NCBI GenBank assembly: GCA_034928085.1
Contig: JAYFPG010000022.1
Span: 51,456 to 115,455, forward strand
Direction of reading: 5' to 3'
Length of the DNA: 64,000 nt
From: Paludibacter sp.
Lineage (GTDB): Bacteria > Bacteroidota > Bacteroidia > Bacteroidales > Paludibacteraceae
The notes beneath the pieces were generated by a model. It saw only the letters and a program-made list of their open reading frames with translations. It had not been told where the DNA came from and ran no database searches. Positions 47,048-56,593 of the stretch are shown in pieces; the stretch's first letter is position 1, and every line of letters begins with the position of its first letter. The position numbers and the translations under genes were made by a program.

Positions 47048-47755
47048 ATGAAAAAGATCTTGGTTGTAGAAGATGATCTAAATCTGGGAACCGCTTTAGT
47101 CGGATTCTTAGAAATGCAAAAGTATGAGGTTTACTATGTAAGCAATGGGGATGAAGCCATTGCTGAATTTCAGCAGTTTTCTCCCGATCTGGTTACACTG
47201 GACGTAATGCTGAATTGTAGTGTTGATGGTTTTGAAATTGCGCGTAAAATCAGAAAATTCAGTGATGTGCCCATTATTTTCACGACCTCACGTGATGGTA
47301 ATGAGGATTATGAAATCGGATTCGGTATTGAGAACAGTGATTACGTCCGGAAGCCATACCGCTTGGTTGAGTTAATGCTCCGGATAAATAAAATGGTAGA
47401 AGCCGAAATGACTTCTTCTTCGGCTGCCAATGATAACCAGTTTAGGATAGGCAGGTTCAAATTCTTCCCTGATGAGCAGTCACTTAAGTTCGATAAGGGT
47501 GATATTCATTTGAATCACTTAGATTCCGTGGTGTTGGCTTTACTATGCCGGAACAAGGGTAACTTTATGTCTCGTGAAGAAATTATCAAGATTGTCTGGC
47601 AGGTTGAGGAGACCAGTTCCAAGGAAGCCGCACTGTATAATTCTATTTCCAGACTGAAGAAATATCTTTACAATGACGATCAGGTTGTAATTGAGAATAA
47701 GATTCGTTTGGGTATCCGTCTCCGGGATTATGAAGAAGGAGAAAAGCGGGAATAA
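47048..47755 (+). CDS. OmpR/PhoB-family response regulator
   Basis: ILVVEDD, LDVML (phospho-Asp), DYVRKP; winged-helix C-terminus (SREEIIKIVW...SISRLKKYL...IRLGIRL). Confidence 0.92.
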   Translation: MKKILVVEDDLNLGTALVGFLEMQKYEVYYVSNGDEAIAEFQQFSPDLVTLDVMLNCSVDGFEIARKIRKFSDVPIIFTTSRDGNEDYEIGFGIENSDYVRKPYRLVELMLRINKMVEAEMTSSSAANDNQFRIGRFKFFPDEQSLKFDKGDIHLNHLDSVVLALLCRNKGNFMSREEIIKIVWQVEETSSKEAALYNSISRLKKYLYNDDQVVIENKIRLGIRLRDYEEGEKRE

Positions 47756-47774
47756 ATTGATTATGATTAAATAT

Positions 47775-47808
47775 AAACGCCCTACTGCATCAAAACAGTA
47801 GGGCGTTT
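47775..47808. terminator. Bidirectional terminator between the response regulator and aspC
   Basis: aaacgccctactg-catcaaaa-cagtagggcgttt, perfect 13-bp stem between convergent genes. Confidence 0.8.
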
Positions 47809-47833
47809 TCATTATTGCAAACTAATACACTTA

Positions 47834-49027
47834 TTATTGAAGTTTGGCAAGTGCGTCTTTGATTCTGCCAAATGCTTTAACCAGATTTTCATCGGATGTT
47901 GCATAAGAAAGCCGGATGCAGTTTGGAGCACCGAAAGCGCCACCACCTACACAGGCAACGTGTCCTACTTCAAGCAGGTATAACGCGAGGTCACCTGAAT
48001 TCTCGATTTTTTTGCCTTCATAAGATTTGCCGATGTAAACTCCGGCATCCGGGAAGATATAAAAAGCACCCTGAGGCTCGCTTAATTTTAAACCGGGAAT
48101 CTGAGAAGCAAGCTCAACAACTAATTTTTTACGACGTTCGAAAGCCACCCGCATTTCTTTCACGCAAGTTTGATCGCCGGTATAAGCAGCCTGTGCAGCT
48201 ACCTGAGCCACAGAGCAGGGTCCGGATGTGTATTGTCCCTGCAAAGTGTTGCAAGCCGATGCAATCCATTTCGGAGCCGCAATCCAGCCAATACGCCAGC
48301 CGGTCATGGCATAACCTTTGGAAACGCCGTTGATAATCACCACGCGATCACGGATATTCTCAAACTGGGCAATGCTTTCGTGTGCGCCTAAGTAGTTGAT
48401 GTGTTCGTATATTTCGTCTGATAAAATATAGATATTCGGATACTTGGCCAATACGTCAGCCAAGCCCTTTAATTCTTCTTTGGTGTAAACGCTTCCTGTT
48501 GGATTTGAAGGAGAACAAAGGATAAGAGCCTTTGTCTTGGGGGTGATAGCTGCTTCCAGCTGGGCAGGAGTCATTTTAAAATCCTGTTCTATTCCCGCTG
48601 AAACAATCACGGATGTTCCATCAGCCAAAGTTACCATCTCCGGATAACTTACCCAGTAAGGTGCAGGGATAATCACTTCATCGCCTTTGCTAATGATAGC
48701 CAGAATCACGTTACAAACTGATTGTTTAGCCCCGTTGGAACAAACGATTTGTTCGGGTTTGTAATCTAATCCGTTTTCATTTTTCAGTTTTGCACAAATG
48801 GCATTACGCAAAGCAGGATAGCCGGGGACCGGTGAATAGAAGGAAAAGTTATCGTCTACTGCTTTCTTTGCAGCTTCTTTTACATGGTCGGGGGTGAAAA
48901 AATCAGTTTCACCCACGCTTAAGTTAATCACATCGATACCCTGAGCTTTCAGCTCATTACTTTTCTGGGACATGGCCAGCGTTTCTGAAGGAGAAAGGGC
49001 AGCCAAACGGTCTGATACTGGAAACAT
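47834..49027 (-). CDS. aspC: Aspartate aminotransferase (class I/II PLP)
   Basis: INLSVGETDF, SNGAKQ, SPSNPTG, SDEIYE, NGVSKGYAMTGWRIG, IRLSYA; -7 element TATCTTTG at 49072-49079. Confidence 0.9.
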   Translation of the reverse strand: MFPVSDRLAALSPSETLAMSQKSNELKAQGIDVINLSVGETDFFTPDHVKEAAKKAVDDNFSFYSPVPGYPALRNAICAKLKNENGLDYKPEQIVCSNGAKQSVCNVILAIISKGDEVIIPAPYWVSYPEMVTLADGTSVIVSAGIEQDFKMTPAQLEAAITPKTKALILCSPSNPTGSVYTKEELKGLADVLAKYPNIYILSDEIYEHINYLGAHESIAQFENIRDRVVIINGVSKGYAMTGWRIGWIAAPKWIASACNTLQGQYTSGPCSVAQVAAQAAYTGDQTCVKEMRVAFERRKKLVVELASQIPGLKLSEPQGAFYIFPDAGVYIGKSYEGKKIENSGDLALYLLEVGHVACVGGGAFGAPNCIRLSYATSDENLVKAFGRIKDALAKLQ

Positions 49028-49172
49028 AATTTAACGGTGTTTTTGTTTATTTGTTTTTGTTATTCAGGTCACAAAGATAAACAAAAAAAGCATTCATTCA
49101 TTACGTTGTGCAAATCAGTGGATTAAAGTAAACGATTTTTAAGAAATTGTGACAAAATAACATCAGGAGAGC

Positions 49173-49793
49173 TTATTTGATAAGTTTTAATCCTGTGGTT
49201 GCCGATTCATCATTGGGTCTGAGTGTCATAGCGTGATTGAAAAGAATGCCGGCCTCCGCCTGTTTACCAAGATTCAGCTTTGTCCACGCCAGCATAATGA
49301 CTGAATCGTAATCAAGTGGATACAGATTTACAACTTTCTCAAACAGTTTTACCGCGTTCTGGTAGTCTTTTTTGTTGTAGTAAATGACACCGAGCCAGTA
49401 GTTCGCAACCGTGTTTTGTGGGTCAATTTTCAGAATCTGATGATATTGTTGCTTGACTTTTTCCCATTGTTCAGTTGCGCTATAGGGTTTCACAATACCG
49501 AATCGTGCTTCAATTGAATAGGGCTTTAGTCTGATGGCATTGAGGTAGAATTTTTCAGCTTCAGCATGTTGTCTGGATAAATAATGAAGCCAACCCATGC
49601 GGATATTAGCAAAATAATCTTCAGATTTATAGACTTTTTTTAATTCTGAGATGGCTTGTGCATATTTACCTGTCTTTTCAGCTTCATAGCTTTTGTAAAA
49701 GGCCTGTTGCCAAACTGTCTGATTCTGTGCTCCTGTAGTCATTGCTATAAAAAGCAGGCACGCGGTAACTGTTTTTCGAATTATATTTTCCAT
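49173..49793 (-). CDS. Exported tetratricopeptide-repeat protein
   Basis: Signal peptide; TPR-like helices (AEKFYLNAIRLKP, ILKIDPQNTVANYWLG, FEKVVNLYP). Confidence 0.8.
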   Translation of the reverse strand: MENIIRKTVTACLLFIAMTTGAQNQTVWQQAFYKSYEAEKTGKYAQAISELKKVYKSEDYFANIRMGWLHYLSRQHAEAEKFYLNAIRLKPYSIEARFGIVKPYSATEQWEKVKQQYHQILKIDPQNTVANYWLGVIYYNKKDYQNAVKLFEKVVNLYPLDYDSVIMLAWTKLNLGKQAEAGILFNHAMTLRPNDESATTGLKLIK

Positions 49794-50950
49794 ATCAAAC
49801 CTCCTGTAATTGAATGTTGGTTGTAGAATAAATTATCCGTGAATATTTTTTTTGTATCGTAGTTGTAATTCAAATAAATCGTCAGGGGCTTGCACAGATA
49901 CCAAAATCCTGAAATGCCCGTCCTGAACGTGGTCGGATCAAGCGAGTTGTAAAAGTATAAGCCATTATTGTCAATGAATTGATTGAGATTGCCCACGTTT
50001 ACATAAGCTTCTGTCCACATTCTATTGAAGAGCATAATTCCGGCCGTTTGTTTAAAAACATTTCGTCCATAACTGTAATCCAAACCTGTTTCGACAATTC
50101 TGTAGTAAGAGCTTGTCAGGTTTATGTTGTTACTTCCGGCAAAATTAACACCCAGATGTACCCCCAGTTGTTTAGAGTCGAGCCATTCATTTTTAAAAGA
50201 TGCGCCCGACAACGCCAGATCGAAACGGTTCAGTTGTTGTGTTATTTTCCCGTAAAAGATATTTCCGGGATAGTTGAAAGTGTCGGCGCCATAGACCACC
50301 TTTGAACCAACATAGTGATAGCCGATGCTGATGTTGGTTTTTGCGGCCGGATTCCATCCCAATAAAACAAAATACTCATTCTGACGGGTTTGTGTTGTAT
50401 CCGTACTTTGGTTGAAATTGGAGAAACTCTGATATAAGTTTAATTTGTATCCAAGCTGACTGTTCAGTCCGAGACGTTTGTAATGACCCTGATGGGTGGA
50501 AGGATTATCAGGCATTTTATAGCTATACTCCAGATCAACTGCATCGGTTAAACGGTATTGTTTTTCCCTGACTTCTGTCAGCGTAATTTCAGAAAGCTGC
50601 GATGCCTGGAATCTGGCAAAGGCTGTTCTGCCCGTATATACGCCATTGTAATAAAGATATAACCGGGATATTTCATCATCATCATAATCTAATGCTTTCT
50701 CGTAATGTCGCATACTTTTGTAATACTGTTTTTTTACAAAATATGCATATCCCACCCGTTGCTGAAGCCATTTAAAGTCAATATTATTCTTTTTAGCCAG
50801 CTCAGCTGTTTCAATCAGTCCATCCCAATCACCGGCGTTGAACTGAACGTAGCTCAGACTGTCAATAGAGACAATCGAAACCTGATTGTTTGCATAACTA
50901 AGTAAACTGTAAAAAAACAGCAAAAGCACAATTATCCTGACTGATTTCAT
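49781..50950 (-). CDS. Exported protein with N-terminal TPR and probable outer-membrane beta-barrel
   Basis: Signal peptide; TPR-like GYAYFVKKQYYKSMRHYEKAL; alternating amphipathic strands ending ...ITGGLIWKI; overlaps the TPR gene. Confidence 0.6.
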   Translation of the reverse strand: MKSVRIIVLLLFFYSLLSYANNQVSIVSIDSLSYVQFNAGDWDGLIETAELAKKNNIDFKWLQQRVGYAYFVKKQYYKSMRHYEKALDYDDDEISRLYLYYNGVYTGRTAFARFQASQLSEITLTEVREKQYRLTDAVDLEYSYKMPDNPSTHQGHYKRLGLNSQLGYKLNLYQSFSNFNQSTDTTQTRQNEYFVLLGWNPAAKTNISIGYHYVGSKVVYGADTFNYPGNIFYGKITQQLNRFDLALSGASFKNEWLDSKQLGVHLGVNFAGSNNINLTSSYYRIVETGLDYSYGRNVFKQTAGIMLFNRMWTEAYVNVGNLNQFIDNNGLYFYNSLDPTTFRTGISGFWYLCKPLTIYLNYNYDTKKIFTDNLFYNQHSITGGLIWKI

Positions 50951-50956
50951 CTGTTC

Positions 50957-53149
50957 TTATATGAGTCTTTTTGCCTGAATTACTTTCTTGCCCGAAATAT
51001 ACTCAAAAGAATCGAGACCCTGTTGGTTTATTTTGATTTTACTTTTAGCCAGAATTGATTTTCTTCCAAAGGTTGTAATGGTAATCTCAGTTCTAATCTC
51101 AATTTCAGAGGTATCAAGCATATGATCAATTTTTTCAACTTTCTCACAATAACCCGCCTTCAGGAAATTAAAAAATGGTGCAGTGAAGTCGTTTAGACTG
51201 CTTATCAGCTTCTTATTCTCCAGTAAATGAATCGGGATATTATCATTTATCGGTATATTGCTGTCTGATAATAGTATTTTATAAGCAGATAAGAAAAAAT
51301 AATAAAGCAACGATTTGCGGTTTCCGTAGAACGCTGTAAAATAGAACATCATGTTGTCGCAGGTATAGTAAGCAACTGCATCTGTTTCCCGGCTGTGGAG
51401 GTATTTGTAGTTCAATGCATCTGTATATGCATCCCAATGTTCTGTCTTTTCGTTACCCTTCTCATCCCGGGTATATATTTTCAGACCGGTATCTGGTAAT
51501 AGGTTGAACGCGTTAAACAGGAAGGGTTGCTGACGCAGGTTGGCAACTAAGGTTTTTTCCACTGGTATTGAGAATTGTTCCAGACGTTTATGCTGTAAGT
51601 TGATAAAATAAGAGATGGGGTAATCAACCGTTTTTGAACCGATGACCGGATAATGTTGCAGTTGAAAATGCAGGTGTGGATAAGGTGAGCGTCCTGAGTT
51701 TCCACATTGCGCCACTGCATCTCCACATTTTACGAAATCCCCCTTTTTTACCTTAACTGAACCCTTTTTAAGATGTGAGAGTTGTGAATATAAACCGGTT
51801 ATGTGTTGAATGACAAGGCTGTTCCCCCAGTTATTAGTCGTGTTGACTTCACCAATAGCATTGTCTTCGATATGATCGACAATATCCACGATGAACCCAT
51901 CAGCTGGAGCCGTAACCGGTTTTCCGTAGCAATAATAATCCTCACATGTCAGACCGGCTGATTTGTAGGATTTTCCTTCTTCATTCAGGATCATGAAATC
52001 AAATGCTTTGCCCCATTCATCTTTATGGGTAAATGCGCCATCATGTCCCTGAGTTACTGTCCATTCTCCCCAGAATGGCAGTTGCACCGGATGGTACAAA
52101 AACCGGTTCAGCCGTTCTTTGTTGTTCAAATATGCATATAAATTCGTTTCAGGCGAATAATGCTGAATGGGTGTGAGAATCAATTTCTTCTGATTGTTCC
52201 GCTGTTGCAGGAAATGTACAAACAGGATTGTGATGATGGAGTAGGGCAGCGAAAAAACCGGAAGTTGTATCAAACTAAAGAGTTTTGTGAAAAAAACCAG
52301 CACGATGGATGTCAGCGGAACCAACAGGATGGTCCAGAAATAGGATGATTTTGATGGTATGACAAAGAATCCACCCATGGCAATGGCAACCATCATGAAA
52401 TTCGCCCCAATATTATAATAGGTAATGCTGGCAGCTTCCGATCCGGAGAATTGAGCAAAGATATAGGCTGATATAAAGCCGATTACTGATAATGAAAAAA
52501 ATATGCGAGAACTGATGAGTAAGGCAATGGCAATGACAATGCCGGTTATCAGGTTGTTCTGGAAGAAAATAGAACTCAGTGAACGCAAATAAATTTCGAG
52601 TAAGCTGTTTAATTCCCAGGATTCGATGTATTGGTAAATAGAGAGCAGTGAGTTTCCGCCTACTGAATACAATTCGTTAATCCAGAATATGTTACGTTGG
52701 GTCAGACCAAGATTCTCATACAGGGAGGATGGAAGCACGACAAACCAGAAAGCCAAAATAAACGGGATACTCAGATAGGGTAGACCATATTTAAACAACC
52801 ACCCACCCAATGCAACCGATAATATCAGCGTAAGCACCGACGAAAGCGCGAGCAGGGTAAAAAAAACGATACCCGGGTCGAAGAAAGTCCCCAGGCCGAT
52901 ACCGGTTATCAATGCATTAAAGCTTAATACGCCATTGCGTAGCTGAACCTTATCAAAACCTAAGGAGTTTGCCAGCAAAACAGCTATAAGTACCGCAATC
53001 AATCCACTCAATCCTGCATAGAAATTGAGGAAAGTAGCCACCATGACTGCTATTGCCATGAAACGGTTATTCAGAAAAAAGATGATGGAATAACTGTTTA
53101 AGATGGCCGGGAGAATTGTTTCACGGGTGTTTTTGAATGTATCTTTCAA
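50957..53149 (-). CDS. Urea-transporter-like membrane domain fused to an M23 peptidase-like domain
   Basis: Hydrophobic N-half (NSYSIIFF, SSIFFQNN..TG, LPVFSLP); soluble HKDEWGKAFDF, GKPVTAPADG, WGNSLVIQH, YSQLSHL, GNSGRS..PHLHFQLQ; TTG start. Confidence 0.78.
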   Translation of the reverse strand: MKDTFKNTRETILPAILNSYSIIFFLNNRFMAIAVMVATFLNFYAGLSGLIAVLIAVLLANSLGFDKVQLRNGVLSFNALITGIGLGTFFDPGIVFFTLLALSSVLTLILSVALGGWLFKYGLPYLSIPFILAFWFVVLPSSLYENLGLTQRNIFWINELYSVGGNSLLSIYQYIESWELNSLLEIYLRSLSSIFFQNNLITGIVIAIALLISSRIFFSLSVIGFISAYIFAQFSGSEAASITYYNIGANFMMVAIAMGGFFVIPSKSSYFWTILLVPLTSIVLVFFTKLFSLIQLPVFSLPYSIITILFVHFLQQRNNQKKLILTPIQHYSPETNLYAYLNNKERLNRFLYHPVQLPFWGEWTVTQGHDGAFTHKDEWGKAFDFMILNEEGKSYKSAGLTCEDYYCYGKPVTAPADGFIVDIVDHIEDNAIGEVNTTNNWGNSLVIQHITGLYSQLSHLKKGSVKVKKGDFVKCGDAVAQCGNSGRSPYPHLHFQLQHYPVIGSKTVDYPISYFINLQHKRLEQFSIPVEKTLVANLRQQPFLFNAFNLLPDTGLKIYTRDEKGNEKTEHWDAYTDALNYKYLHSRETDAVAYYTCDNMMFYFTAFYGNRKSLLYYFFLSAYKILLSDSNIPINDNIPIHLLENKKLISSLNDFTAPFFNFLKAGYCEKVEKIDHMLDTSEIEIRTEITITTFGRKSILAKSKIKINQQGLDSFEYISGKKVIQAKRLI

Positions 53150-53167
53150 GTTTTAATTTTTTTAGAT

Positions 53168-53204
53168 CTGTCAGGTTCTTTTGTTATTTAAACCTGACAG
53201 GTTT
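53168..53204. repeat. REP-like palindrome (AAACCTGACAGGTTT type)
   Basis: ctgtcaggtt-N13-aacctgacag stem; aaacctg-a-caggttt self-palindrome at 53190-53204. Confidence 0.55.
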
Positions 53205-53220
53205 GTAAGCTCGTTTGTAT

Positions 53221-54567
53221 TTATTTCAAATGTCCCGGAACTTCTTCCAGAGAATCAATGTACTCCATGGTTTCTGCTTTTCTTATGATATGTGTATTAT
53301 TATCAGCGTCAATCAGCACAATATTTGGTCTTAGTGTGATGAACTGCATCCACTGGGTCATGTTGTAGGCACCGACCTGGTGTACAACCAGTTGATTCCC
53401 TTTTTCGAGTAAGGGCATCACGATACTTTCGCGTACGATGTCGATATTCATACACAAAGGACCGTATAACACCATCTCTTCCGTTTGCTGGCCCATGGGT
53501 TGAGCCGGACTGACCTTGTGCTCATACCAAAGTGATGTAAACAAAGTGTTGAGGCCGAAGTCAAGAATGGTGGCCCGGCGTCCGTCGGATAAACGTTTGG
53601 TTGCCAATACAGTTCCAAGCAGGTAACCCGCATCGTCAATCAGGGCGCGACCACTTTCCAGAATCAACAAAGGCAGTTCGTCCTGACTGAATCCATATCC
53701 TAAAATGACATCGGTTATAGCATCCGCAAACTGGTCCAGCGAAGGTACCGTGTCTGTCCCCGGAAGATAAGCACCTTTCAGGGTGTTGGTTGAAGGGAAA
53801 CCGCCTCCCAGATCAAGGTATTGCAACATTTTGCCATATCGTTCTTTTACACTCCAGGCCAACTCGCAAAGATTTCTGGCAGCTGTTGCGTAGGCATTGG
53901 GTGATAACATGAAAGTGCCGATGTGGCAATGCAGTCCCACCAAATCAAGGTTCGGGGAGTTGAGAATCCGGGTAAGTGCATTCCAGGCCTGACCATTTTC
54001 AAAATTAAAACCAAACCGGTCCCATTTAGGGTAAATTCCGGTATCCATATTGATGCGAATGGCAACTCGGGGCCTGAGTTTATGCTCATCACTCAAACGA
54101 AGCAGCGTATAAAGTTCATCGTAATGGTCGATGTGAATGAGTGAGTTGTTTTTAGCTGCTACTAACAGTTGCTCATCACTTTTATCCGGGCCGTTGAAAA
54201 TAATTTGGTTACCCGGTACCCCGTTCTGCAGGGCTTTGTCGTATTCAAATCCGGATACGACTTCCGCCCATGAGCCTTCCTGATGAAATATCTGACAAAC
54301 TGCGTCTAAATAGTTAGTTTTATACGACCAGGCAAATTGAACTTTAGGGTACCGGGTTTTAAAAATTCTGGAGGCATTCTGAAAGTTTCTTCTGATTTGT
54401 TTCTCTGAAATAACAAATAACGGAGAACCATATTCTTTTAATAGTCCCTTTACTGAAACACTTTCGATGTGTGTAACCGGTTCATTCTCTGTTTTAGTGC
54501 CGAATTTATTCATCAACCCTGTGTTCATTTTTCGCAAGGTCGGTCTTTCGTATCTTTTCTTTTCCAT
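53221..54567 (-). CDS. Fold-type III PLP decarboxylase (LysA/Orn-DAP-Arg family) with N-terminal extension
   Basis: YGSPLFV, WSYKTN (PLP Lys), IIFNGP.K, GLHCHIG, LDLGGGF, ESGR, GPLC, VGAY. Confidence 0.85.
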   Translation of the reverse strand: MEKKRYERPTLRKMNTGLMNKFGTKTENEPVTHIESVSVKGLLKEYGSPLFVISEKQIRRNFQNASRIFKTRYPKVQFAWSYKTNYLDAVCQIFHQEGSWAEVVSGFEYDKALQNGVPGNQIIFNGPDKSDEQLLVAAKNNSLIHIDHYDELYTLLRLSDEHKLRPRVAIRINMDTGIYPKWDRFGFNFENGQAWNALTRILNSPNLDLVGLHCHIGTFMLSPNAYATAARNLCELAWSVKERYGKMLQYLDLGGGFPSTNTLKGAYLPGTDTVPSLDQFADAITDVILGYGFSQDELPLLILESGRALIDDAGYLLGTVLATKRLSDGRRATILDFGLNTLFTSLWYEHKVSPAQPMGQQTEEMVLYGPLCMNIDIVRESIVMPLLEKGNQLVVHQVGAYNMTQWMQFITLRPNIVLIDADNNTHIIRKAETMEYIDSLEEVPGHLK

Positions 54568-54612
54568 GACAAATGCCTCCAGAATTTTAAAGTTATCTCT
54601 TTATTGTTGACA

Positions 54613-55419
54613 TCATTCTACAGCAGGCAATTCTAATTCGCCTAAATTAACATCAACCCCACCGATTACATCGAGATCTTCTATCAGGGTATTGGTTATT
54701 CCTGTTTGCAGATTCTCGCTCATAATATCATATGTTCCACTATAAAGTCCGTGCAATACAAATAAATTGTTTAGCAAGGTATCAGAGACAGTTGCGATTG
54801 TGTCTCCTGCTGTATTGGTGGTGAAAATTCTTGTGGCTACATCAGCAGGTAATAATGTTCCGTATATTTTGGAAGAATTTGCTGTGATGTATGCCCTAAT
54901 CACTGGTTTAAGCAGGTATTCACCGTTGCCCTTGAAGACAATTGAGCGTGATGCATCAAAATCAATGACGACTTTATAACCACTTGTGACTTCAGCATTT
55001 GATTGTACATTCAGCTTTAATCCCGACTGTTGTGCACTTGGAGTCTGTATTGGCAGTATAGAACTGTCACTTAACATAATTGTGTTATTGTCACCTAATA
55101 TAAGTCTCACCTGATGAATCTTCATTCCTGTTTCGAGTTCAATATTAGATAATAATGTGTCTTTGCCGTTAGAGAAATCTAATAAATTTATCACAGCCGG
55201 ACTGATAGGGAGATCCACCCAGGATCCTTCACCTTCTTCTTCGGCATTAACAGAATACCTGATGGCCTGTACATCTACATTAACGGCCAGAATGCCTTGG
55301 TCGGCAGGTGCGTCGGTAAGATAAAAACCCACTGTTTGTTTGTCAGTTGTATTACATGCAACGAATAATACAGCTATAAGTGATGCGAATACTAATTTTG
55401 TTGTTTTCATTGTTTTCAT
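54613..55419 (-). CDS. DUF4382-like lipoprotein
   Basis: Lipobox VAC; LTDAP, INLLDFSNG, RLILG.NN, TPSAQQSGLKL, DFDASRSIV..G...LKPVIR. Confidence 0.75.
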   Translation of the reverse strand: MKTMKTTKLVFASLIAVLFVACNTTDKQTVGFYLTDAPADQGILAVNVDVQAIRYSVNAEEEGEGSWVDLPISPAVINLLDFSNGKDTLLSNIELETGMKIHQVRLILGDNNTIMLSDSSILPIQTPSAQQSGLKLNVQSNAEVTSGYKVVIDFDASRSIVFKGNGEYLLKPVIRAYITANSSKIYGTLLPADVATRIFTTNTAGDTIATVSDTLLNNLFVLHGLYSGTYDIMSENLQTGITNTLIEDLDVIGGVDVNLGELELPAVE

Positions 55420-55543
55420 TTTTTTAGTTAAACAATTAATAAAGTAATTTTTTAGTTTTGGTTTACGTTCAGCTGAAAGTAAAATCTGGTTGTTTTTGTT
55501 AGTTAACTATCTTTTTATGTACTTTTCTATAATTATAACTCTC

Positions 55544-56587
55544 CTATAACTCTCCGTTTCCGGAAATCATTTGAAACTCCTTGATGTCAGTAATTAAATC
55601 CCAGGCATAACGGATGAAAATTTTCCCTACTTCATACGTTTTAAACGGTTCAACTTTCTCACCCATCGCCATCTTAACCAAACTGGCCGGTTGGTTTTGT
55701 CCAGCTCCGGCTGTAAGGTAAATCCAGGCCGGGAATCTCGGATTTACTTCCATGATGTAGGGTTTACCGTCATCGGTGAGCATTACTTCCAGTTCGCACC
55801 CCCCCCGCCATTTGGTTGTTTCAATGAATTTTCGGGCAAGTTCCACCAGTTTATCATCTTCTAACGTAATGCCAGCCCATGCTTTGCCTTTGTCGGTGAT
55901 GTAAAGTTTACGCATGGGGATGATGCTGATGGCATTGCCATCGCCATCACCCAGTGCCGCGATGTTTATCTCTGTTCCTTTTATAAACTCCTGCATGATG
56001 ATGGGTAATCCCCATTTAGCCATGATTTTGAGAAATGCTTTTTCCGCCTGATCGTAACTGCGGGCAATTACAGCATCATAAAATTTACCTTTTACAACGA
56101 TAGGATACTCCAAATCATCCTCCATTTTCTTCAACTCGCGAAGCTCATGTAATATCTTATCTTCAGGTACCAGAAATCCATGTTTCTGTCCGAATTCGAA
56201 TAATTTCATTTTATCTCTGGCCTCAAACTGATTTAATTCGGGCAGGAAAGTGCGTATTCCAAGTCCCTTTAACTTGTCTCTCAGCTTAATGAAATTATAG
56301 AGTTCTGCATCGAAATTTGGAATAATCAAATCCAGTTTTTCCTGTTCATGGATATACATCAGTCTGGCATACAAACTATCGGTACCGCCCGATGGATAAG
56401 GAATCTGATAAGTTTTGTCGACCAGATCGTGCATGTACAGTCCCGGCTCTAACGCTTCATAGGAAAGTCCGATAATTTTAACATCGAAGTCCGTACATTC
56501 CCGGATGGCTCGAATCACGGCGACACCTGGTCCCGGACTGTCGATGGCATTTAATGCAGTAACGGCTATGACGATTTGTTTTCTCAT
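55544..56587 (-). CDS. ATP-grasp carboxylate-amine ligase of unknown substrate
   Basis: LIIPNFDAEL, YPIVVKG, IMQEFIKGTE, ELEVM...YIMEVNPRFPAW. Confidence 0.85.
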   Translation of the reverse strand: MRKQIVIAVTALNAIDSPGPGVAVIRAIRECTDFDVKIIGLSYEALEPGLYMHDLVDKTYQIPYPSGGTDSLYARLMYIHEQEKLDLIIPNFDAELYNFIKLRDKLKGLGIRTFLPELNQFEARDKMKLFEFGQKHGFLVPEDKILHELRELKKMEDDLEYPIVVKGKFYDAVIARSYDQAEKAFLKIMAKWGLPIIMQEFIKGTEINIAALGDGDGNAISIIPMRKLYITDKGKAWAGITLEDDKLVELARKFIETTKWRGGCELEVMLTDDGKPYIMEVNPRFPAWIYLTAGAGQNQPASLVKMAMGEKVEPFKTYEVGKIFIRYAWDLITDIKEFQMISGNGEL

Positions 56588-56593
56588 GTTCGG

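Noticed and set aside
47896-48391. Plus-strand ORFs of 145 and 73 aa
   Set aside because: Antisense to aspC; composition typical of shadow frames.
53221-54567. Calling this gene the housekeeping lysA
   Set aside because: Family motifs are present but deviate (WSYKTN, HIGT, GPLCMNID), there is an N-terminal extension, and the context is accessory; substrate left unassigned.
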